DNA of 32,034 nt from Paracoccaceae bacterium (GCA_015487255.1 WFQA01000123.1:1-32034); one strand, 5' to 3'. Shown: positions 19,614 through 28,128, counted from the stretch's first letter. The notes: generated from the sequence alone by a model not told the origin. Made by a program: numbers and translations.

Positions 19614-19650
19614 TCTTTGGCTTGTGTAAACAGTATTTGGGAGTGTGGTG

Positions 19651-20397
19651 ATGCAAGACCCCGTTGCCAGCGACATATTGAGAATATTCGAGGGATTTCC
19701 ACAGATATTCTTCTATGGTTTTTCTGCGCTGTTTCTGGTTTTGGCCGGCTTCTTTTTGGTGAAGGGTATTTTGCGCACGCGCAGAAATTCGGCATTCAAG
19801 AGCTACCAATATGGAGTTGTGGCACCGGTGCAATACGGGGATCGTGGCGCGGAATCAGCTCCGGAAGATACCTTTGCCACCCGCCTTGAAGATATGGTTG
19901 AGGCCGAAGAAACCTATGATCTGGCACAATTGATGCCACAGGCGCGCCAGCTCGGTGCGATTGCCAATACCACCTTTCGCACCGCCCCGGTGCTTGACCC
20001 GGCCAGCGCCGGAGTGCTTTCCTTGATTGAGCAGGTGGTGCAGGAGCTGGATGGCGGGTTTCGGGTTTCGGTGCATGCCAGCCTTGAGTCGATGGTGGAT
20101 CTGTCCGGTGCGGGTGCGGACAGTGTGACCACCAAGCTGGCAATGGCCGGGGTTGATCTGAAATTTGCGGTGATGGACCGGTTTGGTAGATTGGCGGTAG
20201 CGGTTGATTTTCAGGGGGATGCGAAGCGGAGCAGGCAGGATTATATCAACCGGTCGGTGGTGATTGAGGTGTTGCGCAAGGCCGGGGTCTGGTATCTGGA
20301 GATCCCGCAAAATTATTCAGATAAGGATGCAAGAGCGCAGCTGAAATCCGTGCTGGCTGGCAAGGATGAGGCAGAAGGCGGCGCAGAGGTCGCCTAG
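19651..20397 (+). CDS. TM-anchored DUF2726-like (restriction-endonuclease-fold) protein of unknown function
   Basis: N-terminal TM helix plus a basic juxtamembrane stretch. The C-terminal pattern 'LDPASAGVLSLIEQVV...VDLKFAVMDRFGRLAVAVDFQGD...VIEVLRKAGVWYLEI' resembles the DUF2726 consensus as recalled. RBS GGGAG before ATG 19651. Confidence 0.6.
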   Translation: MQDPVASDILRIFEGFPQIFFYGFSALFLVLAGFFLVKGILRTRRNSAFKSYQYGVVAPVQYGDRGAESAPEDTFATRLEDMVEAEETYDLAQLMPQARQLGAIANTTFRTAPVLDPASAGVLSLIEQVVQELDGGFRVSVHASLESMVDLSGAGADSVTTKLAMAGVDLKFAVMDRFGRLAVAVDFQGDAKRSRQDYINRSVVIEVLRKAGVWYLEIPQNYSDKDARAQLKSVLAGKDEAEGGAEVA

Positions 20398-20477
20398 GCC
20401 GGGATTGACCCCTTGCCTCATACGCGCCGATCAAGCTGGTTTGAACAAAGGAAGCACGCTCTCTTTTGATGTGGGAG

Positions 20478-20586
20478 GCAGTAAAAACCCTGACATAGCC
20501 CCAAGCGGCACCGGTGGCATTTTTGAAGCAAGCTTAAAAAATGGGAATCGCGACGCCATGGCCTCGGCTTCGCCTCGGCAAGGGGG
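20478..20586 (-). repeat. Intergenic mosaic repeat, subtype 2, copy D
   Basis: Aligns with 10128-10235. Also shares 'gcagtaaaaaccctgacat' with the reverse complement of copy A, and 'gcaagctt' with its core. Confidence 0.8.
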
Positions 20587-20790
20587 CGTGTGCGCGCCTC
20601 GGGAGTATTAGGGCAGAAAAGCCAGATATTAAGTGAAGAGCGCGTAAGCCCTGCCCCAACCCCACCCTGCTTGGGCCGTAATTTTATTAAACGCTGCCGC
20701 GCCCAGATAGGCAAAGGCGGAACAGGCGATGAAAAAGTAGTCTGTTTGGGTATAGTCCTTTCCAATTTGGCGCGGCCAAGTCAGCGCATC

Positions 20791-20819
20791 TTGACCCCCC
20801 GATCAAAGCCCCGTATATA
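20791..20819 (+). promoter_or_regulatory. ffs promoter (TTGACC-N17-TATATA)
   Basis: -35 at 20791-20796 and -10 at 20814-20819, placed 6-7 nt upstream of the predicted SRP RNA 5' end. Confidence 0.6.
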
Positions 20820-20825
20820 AGCCTT

Positions 20826-20922
20826 GAGAGGATGGCGCGGGCGAACGCCTCGCCAACTTGGTCAGGTCCGGAAGGAAGCAGCCATAACGAGTCCCGTTTG
20901 GGTCGATGTCCAGCCTCTCACC
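20826..20922 (+). ncRNA. ffs: Signal recognition particle RNA (small bacterial 4.5S type)
   Basis: Universal domain IV signature 'ggtcaggtccggaaggaagcagcc'. The 5' gagagg pairs with the 3' cctctc, closing the rod, followed by a T-run. Confidence 0.9.
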
Positions 20923-21051
20923 TTTTAACGCCGGCCAAGGAGGGGAATTGTGATTGTTTTTCAAACCCTCCGGGCGGGTGTTTAGCATCCCCTCCAGCCA
21001 CAAAAAACACGGCCCTGAAAGGGCTGCTTTGCGTTATCTCAAGGCAGGCCG

Positions 21052-22086
21052 ATGAGCAGCCCAAGCTTGTTTGAACTGGGCTGGAATGCGCATTTTGCCG
21101 CCCAACTTACGGAGGGCCTGATCCCGCTTCGGGTCACCGACATCCATAAATCCTATATCGGCACTATGGGAGAGGGCGGAGCTGAGCGCCTGAACATGAC
21201 CCTCGATCTGGTTGACCACGGTGTTACCGTTGGTGACTGGCTGCTGAAAGACCCAGAAACAGGCCAGCCGGTGCAGGTTCTGGAGCGCCAAAGCCTGCTC
21301 AAGCGCCGCAATGCCCGCACCAATCTGGATGACCAGCTCATCGCCGCCAATGTGGATACGCTGTTTGTGGTTTCTTCCTGCAACAAGGATTTTAACGTCG
21401 CCCGGCTGGAGCGCTATTTTGCGCTGGCCCATCAGGGCGGGGCCGAGCCGGTGCTGATTCTGACCAAGGCTGACCTGGCCGATGATCCTGATAAATATCT
21501 GGCCGAGGCGATGCAGAGCCTGCCCGGTGTGGCGGTGCTGGCGCTGGATGCGAAAGCGGCTGATACCCCGGCCAAGCTCGCCCGCTATTGCGGCACCGGC
21601 CAAACCGTGGCCCTGCTTGGCACCTCGGGTGTGGGCAAAACCACATTGGTCAATGCGCTCACCGGGTTGAGCCAGCTTACCGCCGATATCCGCAGCTCCG
21701 ACGCCCGTGGCCGCCACACCACCACCGCCCGCTCCATGCACCAGATGCAGGCGGGCGGCTGGCTGATAGATACGCCGGGCATGCGCGCCCTGCGATTGGC
21801 CGATGCCCGCGAGGGGGTAGAGATGGTGTTTGCCGATATCGAGGAACTGGCGCTGGGTTGCCGCTTTAATGATTGTGCCCACGCCGCTGAGCCGGGCTGC
21901 GCGGTGCAGGATGCGATTGCGGCCGGCAAGCTGGATGCGCCCCGCCTGCAACGCTGGCAAAAGCTGATGGGGGAGGAGCAGGCCCATGGCGAGCCCCCCC
22001 ACGAGACCCGCGAGCGCCACAAGAAGCGTGAGCAAACCTATTCCGCCGGCAGGTCTCGCGGCGCGGCCAAGCGCGATGGGCGCTGA
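21052..22086 (+). CDS. rsgA: Ribosome small-subunit-dependent GTPase A
   Basis: Circularly permuted GTPase motifs 'LTKADL', 'GTSGVGKTTLVNAL', 'DTPGMR' and the zinc knuckle 'CRFNDCAHAAEPGCAV'. Confidence 0.88.
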   Translation: MSSPSLFELGWNAHFAAQLTEGLIPLRVTDIHKSYIGTMGEGGAERLNMTLDLVDHGVTVGDWLLKDPETGQPVQVLERQSLLKRRNARTNLDDQLIAANVDTLFVVSSCNKDFNVARLERYFALAHQGGAEPVLILTKADLADDPDKYLAEAMQSLPGVAVLALDAKAADTPAKLARYCGTGQTVALLGTSGVGKTTLVNALTGLSQLTADIRSSDARGRHTTTARSMHQMQAGGWLIDTPGMRALRLADAREGVEMVFADIEELALGCRFNDCAHAAEPGCAVQDAIAAGKLDAPRLQRWQKLMGEEQAHGEPPHETRERHKKREQTYSAGRSRGAAKRDGR

Positions 22087-22096
22087 CGCCCCAACC

Positions 22097-22774
22097 TTAC
22101 CGCACCGATAAAATCTCTCCCAGCGGTTTTTTCAGCGCTGACGCCGCCGGATAACTTGCATCCCTGGCCGGATGCCCGACCACCAGAATCATCACCGGCT
22201 TTTCCGCCTTTGGCCGCCCGAGCAACCGGTTGAGGAACTTCATCGGATTGGGGGTATGGGTGAGGCAGCTCAGCCCGGCGAGGTGTAGCGCCGAGATCAA
22301 AAAACCGGTGGCGATCCCCACTGATTCCGGCACATAATAATGCTTGTAGCGGCTGCCATCCTCCCGCTCCCCGTAGCGCTGGGCAAAGATCACGATCAGC
22401 CACGGGGCCGTGGTCAGATGCGGTTTTTCAACCCCGGTGCCCAGTGGCTCCAAAGCGCTAATCCACTCATCACCGCCGCCGCCAGCATAAAATGCCGCTT
22501 CCTCGATCTCCGCCGCCTCACGGATTTTCGCTTTCATTTCAGCGCTTTGCACCGCCACAAAATGCCAGGGCTGCTGGTTGGCCCCGCTTGGTGCCCGCCC
22601 GGCGGTGGCGATGCAGTTTTCGATCACCGCAAGCGGCACCGGCTGCGTGCTGAACGCCCGCACCGAATGCCGCTTGGCCATTTTTGCCAGCAAATCCGCC
22701 GAGCGGCGCTGCACTTCAACATCATCAACAGGCGCGGGCGGGTTCAGCGCTATCGCCTTATATTCTTGCGGCAT
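22097..22774 (-). CDS. Nitroreductase-superfamily flavoprotein, iodotyrosine deiodinase (IYD)-like
   Basis: 'HSVRAFSTQPVPLAVIENCIATAGRAPSGANQQPWHFVAV...TAPWLIVIF...HYYVPESVGIATGFLISALHLAGL...LLGRPKAEKPVMILVVGHP' is collinear with animal and bacterial IYD as recalled. GGGAGG RBS before ATG 22774; GTG 22801 is an alternative start. Confidence 0.7.
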   Translation of the reverse strand: MPQEYKAIALNPPAPVDDVEVQRRSADLLAKMAKRHSVRAFSTQPVPLAVIENCIATAGRAPSGANQQPWHFVAVQSAEMKAKIREAAEIEEAAFYAGGGGDEWISALEPLGTGVEKPHLTTAPWLIVIFAQRYGEREDGSRYKHYYVPESVGIATGFLISALHLAGLSCLTHTPNPMKFLNRLLGRPKAEKPVMILVVGHPARDASYPAASALKKPLGEILSVR

Positions 22775-22842
22775 CTTGGCCTCCCTGAAATTTTCCACCA
22801 CGCTAATCCAATTTCCCCTCGCCGAAAACCCCCCGCCTTGCT

Positions 22843-24543
22843 ATGCTGCCCGTCATGAGTGATACGCAAAAATCCTACCAGGTTCTGGCCCGCAAATATC
22901 GCCCCGACACATTCAAAGACCTCGTCGGGCAGGATGCGATGATCCGCACCCTGAAAAACGCCTTTGAGGCGGACCGCATCGCGCATGCTTTCATCATGAC
23001 CGGCATCCGCGGCACCGGCAAAACCACCACGGCACGCATCATCGCCAAGGGGCTGAACTGCACCCGCGATGAAAAACCCACCATCGAGCCTTGTGGCACC
23101 TGCGAGGCCTGCATCGCCATTGCCGAGGGCCGCCATGTGGATGTGCTGGAGATGGACGCGGCCAGCCGCACCGGGGTTGGCGATATCCGCGAGATCATTG
23201 ATTCGGTGCGCTACCGTGCCGCCTCGGCCCGCTACAAGGTCTATATCATCGACGAGGTGCATATGCTCTCCACCAGCGCCTTCAACGCGCTGCTCAAAAC
23301 CCTGGAAGAGCCGCCAGAGCATGTCAAATTCATCTTCGCCACCACCGAGATCCGCAAAGTGCCGGTCACCGTGCTCTCCCGCTGCCAGCGCTTTGATCTG
23401 CGCCGGATCGAGCCGGAGGTGATGGGCAAATTCCTGCGCGGCATTGCCGGGCAGGAGGGGGCCAAGATCGCTGAGGATGCCCTCGCCCTGATCATCCGCG
23501 CTTCTGAAGGCTCGGCCCGCGATGCGCTTTCACTGCTTGACCAGGCCATCGCCCATAGCGCCGGTGAAACCACAGCTGATCAGGTGCGCGCCATGCTTGG
23601 CCTGGCCGATCGTGGCCGGGTGCTGGACCTGTTTGACCATATCATGCGCGGCGAGGCGGCGGCGGCCCTTGGCGAGCTTTCCGCGCAATATGCCCAGGGG
23701 GCGGACCCGATGATGGTGCTGCGAGATCTCGCCGAAGTCACCCACTGGATCAGCGTGGTCAAAATCTCCCCCGAGGCGGTGGACGACCCCACGATCAGCC
23801 CCGATGAGCGCAACCGGGGCCGGCTGATGGCCGAGCTGCCCATGCGCGCCCTGACCCGCATGTGGCAGATGCTGCTGAAATCGCTGGAAGAGGTCTCGCA
23901 GGCCCCCAACGCCATGATGGCGGCAGAAATGGCGATCATCCGCCTGACCCATATCGCTGACCTGCCTTCACCCGAAGATCTGGTAAAGCGGCTGAAGGAT
24001 GCCCCCCCCCCCGCAAGCGCTGCCCCTTCAGCGCGCGGCGAGCGCGGGGCTGCAACCGGCGCAAGCTCAACCGCCGCGCCATCGCTGGCACAATTCGCCA
24101 GCTTCAGGGAGGTGCTGGCCCTGATCCAGCAACGCGGCGATTTCCAGTTGCTTGTCGATGTGGAAAAACATGTCCGGCTGGTTTCCTACACCCCGGGCCG
24201 TTTTGAGTTCGCCCCCGAGGGCGATATGCCCGCCGAGCTGCCCTCCCGCCTTGCCGCCCGCCTGCAAAACTGGACCGGCGCACGCTGGGGGATCAGCGTG
24301 GTCTCGGCTGGTGGCGAAAGCACTATATCCGAGCGTCGCACCCTTCATGAAACCGGCCTGCAGGAAGAAGCCAAGGCCCACCCGCTGGTGGCGGCGGTAT
24401 TTCAGGCATTTTCCGGGGCCGAAATCCTGAATATTGAAGCCGAGCAAAACCTTGACCTCGCCAATGAGGGCATCGTTCCGCTCGATTCAGATGATCTGGA
24501 TGAGGATTGGGAACCGGTGGATCCGTTCGAGGAACAAGCCTGA
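22843..24543 (+). CDS. dnaX: DNA polymerase III subunit tau/gamma
   Basis: 'YQVLARKYRP', 'GIRGTGKTTTARI', zinc module 'CGTCEAC', 'YIIDEVHMLS', 'SRCQRF'. ATG 22855 (MSDTQ) is an alternative start. Confidence 0.9.
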   Translation: MLPVMSDTQKSYQVLARKYRPDTFKDLVGQDAMIRTLKNAFEADRIAHAFIMTGIRGTGKTTTARIIAKGLNCTRDEKPTIEPCGTCEACIAIAEGRHVDVLEMDAASRTGVGDIREIIDSVRYRAASARYKVYIIDEVHMLSTSAFNALLKTLEEPPEHVKFIFATTEIRKVPVTVLSRCQRFDLRRIEPEVMGKFLRGIAGQEGAKIAEDALALIIRASEGSARDALSLLDQAIAHSAGETTADQVRAMLGLADRGRVLDLFDHIMRGEAAAALGELSAQYAQGADPMMVLRDLAEVTHWISVVKISPEAVDDPTISPDERNRGRLMAELPMRALTRMWQMLLKSLEEVSQAPNAMMAAEMAIIRLTHIADLPSPEDLVKRLKDAPPPASAAPSARGERGAATGASSTAAPSLAQFASFREVLALIQQRGDFQLLVDVEKHVRLVSYTPGRFEFAPEGDMPAELPSRLAARLQNWTGARWGISVVSAGGESTISERRTLHETGLQEEAKAHPLVAAVFQAFSGAEILNIEAEQNLDLANEGIVPLDSDDLDEDWEPVDPFEEQA

Positions 24544-24664
24544 GATATGAATGGCAAATGATATCCGGCTGCAGACAGTTGCAAATGAGATGGGGCATTG
24601 GCCTTGCTGAACGCGGCGGTTGCCATATATGTAAGGCACCCCTGAACGAACCAAAGGAAAGCAG

Positions 24665-25009
24665 ATGCTAAAAGGATTGGGCCAGATCGGCGATATGGCC
24701 AAGATGATGAAACAGGCGCAAAAGATGCAGGCCGAAATGGCAGGCGTGCAGGAGCGCATGGCCGATATCGAGGTTACCGGCGAGGCCGGGGCCGGTATGG
24801 TAACTGCGCGGGCCAATGCCAAGGGTGAGCTGAAAGGCTTGTCGATTGACCCTTCACTCTTTAACCCCGATGACCGCGAGGTGGTGGAAGACCTGATCCT
24901 CGCCGCCATCAAGGATGCCCAAGCCAAAGCCGCCGAGGCCGCGCAGGCCGAGATGGCCAAGGTGACCGAGGGCCTCGGCCTGCCCGCCGATATCAAGCTG
25001 CCGTTTTAA
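24665..25009 (+). CDS. ybaB: Nucleoid-associated protein YbaB/EbfC
   Basis: 114 aa; 'MMKQAQKMQAEMAGVQERMA...VTGEAGAGMV' typical of the family. Conserved dnaX-ybaB-recR order. Confidence 0.9.
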   Translation: MLKGLGQIGDMAKMMKQAQKMQAEMAGVQERMADIEVTGEAGAGMVTARANAKGELKGLSIDPSLFNPDDREVVEDLILAAIKDAQAKAAEAAQAEMAKVTEGLGLPADIKLPF

Positions 25010-25606
25010 ATGAGCGGCGGCAGCGAGGTTGAGCACCTGATCGAGCTGATGGCCAAGCTGCCCGGGCTTGGCCCGGTTTCGGCCCGCCGTGCGGTGCTGA
25101 GCATGATCCGCAAAAAATCGCTGTTGATGGCACCCTTGGCCAAAGCCATGGCCGAGGTCGAGGCGACCGTGCGCGAGTGCAATATTTGCGGCAATATCAC
25201 CACCCACCAGTTTTGCGATATCTGCCGCAACCCCAAGCGCGACCAATCCACGCTTTGCGTGCTGGAAAGCGTGGCCGACCTGTGGGCGATGGAGCGCGGA
25301 GCCAGCTTCAAGGGCCGGTATTTTGTGCTGGGCGGGGTGCTTTCGGCGCTCGATGGCATCACCCCTGAGAGCCTGCGCATTCCCATGCTCATCGAGCAGG
25401 TGGTGGGGGGGGGTGTCTCTGAGGTCATTCTGGCGCTCAACGCCACCATGGATGGCCAGACCACGGCGCATTACATCGCGGAGCAGCTTTCTGACAGCGC
25501 TGTTGCGCTCACATCACTGGCGCAGGGCGTGCCGATAGGGGGGGAGCTGAACTACCTCGATGACGGCACGATTGCCGCCGCCCTGAACGCCCGCAAGGTG
25601 TTTTAA
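25010..25606 (+). CDS. recR: Recombination protein RecR
   Basis: '[11 protein letters not shown]' HhH, C4 zinc finger 'CNICGN...CDIC', Toprim '[14 protein letters not shown]', 'GRYFVLGG'. Confidence 0.92.
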   Translation: MSGGSEVEHLIELMAKLPGLGPVSARRAVLSMIRKKSLLMAPLAKAMAEVEATVRECNICGNITTHQFCDICRNPKRDQSTLCVLESVADLWAMERGASFKGRYFVLGGVLSALDGITPESLRIPMLIEQVVGGGVSEVILALNATMDGQTTAHYIAEQLSDSAVALTSLAQGVPIGGELNYLDDGTIAAALNARKVF

Positions 25607-25696
25607 CCACCGTCATTGCACGGCTGGATTTTTACCGTTGATTTTTGCTGATGGCTCGTGAATAAGCACTCGAATTCATAAACAGAAATACGAATC

Positions 25697-26593
25697 ATGC
25701 CCAAAACAAGATATTTTACCCCCCTTGCCATTTCTCTTTCCCTTGCCATCACTACCCTTTCCCCGCTTTCCGCACCCGCGCAGGAAGTTGGTAATGCATC
25801 GGTTTTCGAGCGCCTGCACCTGGCCAATGCCCTGCGCAACAATACCCAATATATGGCCCGGGTTGCCTGCTATGCTTTTGCCGGTTATGAGCCGGAGCAC
25901 CAGCGCGAAGAGCTGGCCCGCGCCTCGGCCGAGTTTAGCGAGATCAGTGCGGCATTGCTGGCAGGTGATGCCGAAAGGGGGATGGCACCGGAGGCCAACC
26001 AACGGGTGATCAACGCGCTTGACGCACTGCGCGATGCCTGGCCGGTGCTGGAAAACCGTATCGATCGTATCGTCAGGGAGGAGCGTATTGATAAAGGCGA
26101 GATGGCCGAGATTGATATGTTCAGCCTGAACCTGATGACTAGATCCGATGATTTGAGCACACGGATGGCCAATGTTTACAGCGAAACCCTGAACGATGTG
26201 CCGCTGATCCTGATCCTGACGGTTGATATGGCCGAGCGGCAGATCATGCGCACCGAAAAAGCCGGTAAAGATGCCTGCCTGATCGGGGTCGGGGTGAATG
26301 TAATAGAAAACCGCGCCGATCTGGAAAAGACGGTGGCGGTATTTTCGGCCACGCTTGGCGCGTTGATCAACGGGTTTCCGGGCATGATCATGGCCGCGCC
26401 GAATGCGGAGATCCGCGATCTGCTCAATGAGGCAGAAGCCGCATGGCAAGCCCCAAAAGCCTTGCTGACCATATTATATCAGGGTGGTGAAATTACCTCG
26501 CGGGAGCGGGAGGTGATCAGGCGCGGGCTTGAAGAAGTGGCAGCAAAAATGGAAATGGTCGCCGCGCTTTATGTGGCGCTGGAAACCCGGTAA
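25697..26593 (+). CDS. Secreted/periplasmic protein made of two tandem PilJ/NarX-type four-helix-bundle sensor modules, with no output domain
   Basis: Signal peptide 'LAISLSLAITTLSPLSAPA-QE'. Two internally homologous halves ('LANALRNNTQYMARVACYA...INALDALRDAWPVL' and 'VDMAERQIMRTEKAGKDACLI...RDLLNEAEAAWQAP') resemble the PF13675-type ligand-binding module as recalled. Confidence 0.5.
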   Translation: MPKTRYFTPLAISLSLAITTLSPLSAPAQEVGNASVFERLHLANALRNNTQYMARVACYAFAGYEPEHQREELARASAEFSEISAALLAGDAERGMAPEANQRVINALDALRDAWPVLENRIDRIVREERIDKGEMAEIDMFSLNLMTRSDDLSTRMANVYSETLNDVPLILILTVDMAERQIMRTEKAGKDACLIGVGVNVIENRADLEKTVAVFSATLGALINGFPGMIMAAPNAEIRDLLNEAEAAWQAPKALLTILYQGGEITSREREVIRRGLEEVAAKMEMVAALYVALETR

Positions 26594-27499
26594 TCAGGGC
26601 AGGCGCAAGCGCGCCTCGCGCAGGGCGATGTAAAGCGTGGCCGATATAATAATCACCGCGCCGATCAACGTGGCGCTATCGGGCACTTCATTATAAAGAA
26701 AATAGGCGGCGGTGGCGATCAGCACGAGCCGCAGATAGGTGATCGGCGCCAGAATACTGGCCTCGCCGTGGCGATAGGCCTCGATATCCGCCAGGCCACG
26801 CACCGCCCCGGCCACCACCAGCACCAGCAGCGCAAAGCCGCCACGGGTATCTGTGGGCACTTCCATGACCGGCCATGCAAAGGGTGATGAGACCAGCGCC
26901 GTGATCACCACCGAAGAGAAATAGGCCGAAACCGCCCCGTCTTTTTGCGCCAACCCGCGCGACATGGTGAGGGCGAGCGCAAACAGCATAGAACTGCCCA
27001 GTGCCACCAGCATGGCCGGTTCATAACTGCCAAAGCCGGGCCGCAAGATCACCAGCGCCCCGCCAAAACCGACTGTAATCGCAGCAATACGGCGCGGGCC
27101 GACCCGCTCTTTATGGATGATGACCGCCAGCACTGTGGCCCAGATCGGCGCAAGAAAAAACAACACGGTGACCGTAGCCATCGGCAGGTTGGCAATGGCG
27201 AAAAACCCCAAATGGGTGGAGGCGGCAATCAGGGTGCCGCGGATCAGGTGGTGGTAGGGTTGCGAAAACCTAAGCCGCCGGCGCAGCCGCACGAAAAGCA
27301 GCAGTGCCAGCACGATCAGCCCGGTTGAAATGCCACTGCGCAATAACACGATCATCCGGCTGTCGATCTGGCCGGAAAGGTCCCGCACCGCGATGGCCAT
27401 GGCGCTTGAGCCAAGCACCGATAGCAATATCCACCAAACAGCCCGCAGGTTATCCCCTGCATGGGGTGGATTCGGTTGCGGATTCGAGGTTGATTTCAT
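26594..27499 (-). CDS. EamA/DMT-family transporter
   Basis: 301 aa, ten hydrophobic segments in two EamA repeats. Its stop abuts the stop of the convergent upstream gene with no gap. Confidence 0.8.
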   Translation of the reverse strand: MKSTSNPQPNPPHAGDNLRAVWWILLSVLGSSAMAIAVRDLSGQIDSRMIVLLRSGISTGLIVLALLLFVRLRRRLRFSQPYHHLIRGTLIAASTHLGFFAIANLPMATVTVLFFLAPIWATVLAVIIHKERVGPRRIAAITVGFGGALVILRPGFGSYEPAMLVALGSSMLFALALTMSRGLAQKDGAVSAYFSSVVITALVSSPFAWPVMEVPTDTRGGFALLVLVVAGAVRGLADIEAYRHGEASILAPITYLRLVLIATAAYFLYNEVPDSATLIGAVIIISATLYIALREARLRLP

Positions 27500-27813
27500 G
27501 TAATATTGCCCAGCGGAACAGCATTTCTATTTTATTTGGAAAGGTCAAGCGCTGTTTTTCACGCAATGGGTGAGCCGAATAATACCCGAGTAATTTTGAC
27601 AGAGACCAAATGGTAAATATTTATTGCCTGTAAAAACAGCGCATTATAAGGATAATTGCAAGGATAAAAACCATAAAGAGCTTGAAAAATTCAACCGGAT
27701 CGCCTACCTATGCGTAAATCGCGCATCTGGTATGCGGTATTTGCACTTCTGCGGAGGGCAAAAATCGTCATATTGCACTGCACGCAAATCGAAATAAAGA
27801 ATAGGAGCAGCGT

Positions 27814-28128
27814 ATGTTTGATTACGTTGATTCAACGGCTTATGCCAATGACCAGGGCGCCCGCGCCCAGAAACTGTTTGCCGCCGTGGTGCTGGCAGCG
27901 CTGGACGATGCTATTGCCGACGATAAAAAATACGGTAACGGCCCGGAAGTGATCGCCCGCTGGGCACGCTCGCGCGATGGCCGCGAAGTGTTGATGTGTG
28001 CGGGTATCGACCCGAATGAGCGCTGCGTGAAAGGCATGATGTCTTTTGTTGATCGTGGTGTGCGCACCTCGGTGGCCCTTTCGCGCGAAGAGAGCGAGCG
28101 GCAGGCGCAGGCAAAAGCCGCAGCCTGA
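27814..28128 (+). CDS. Small soluble hypothetical protein (104 aa)
   Basis: Good RBS (GGAG 7 nt upstream), non-artefactual composition, and a strong hairpin terminator directly after the stop. I do not recognise the family. Confidence 0.6.
   Translation: MFDYVDSTAYANDQGARAQKLFAAVVLAALDDAIADDKKYGNGPEVIARWARSRDGREVLMCAGIDPNERCVKGMMSFVDRGVRTSVALSREESERQAQAKAAA

Noticed and set aside
20510-20530. Sigma54-like -24/-12 spacing (TGGCAT-N7-GC) inside mosaic repeat D, and TGGCAC at 10273 in the tail of repeat C. These were considered as possible targets of the LuxO-like activator.
   Set aside because: The -12 element lacks the TTGC core (AAGC in D), copy C does not keep the spacing, and nothing obvious lies downstream to be transcribed.
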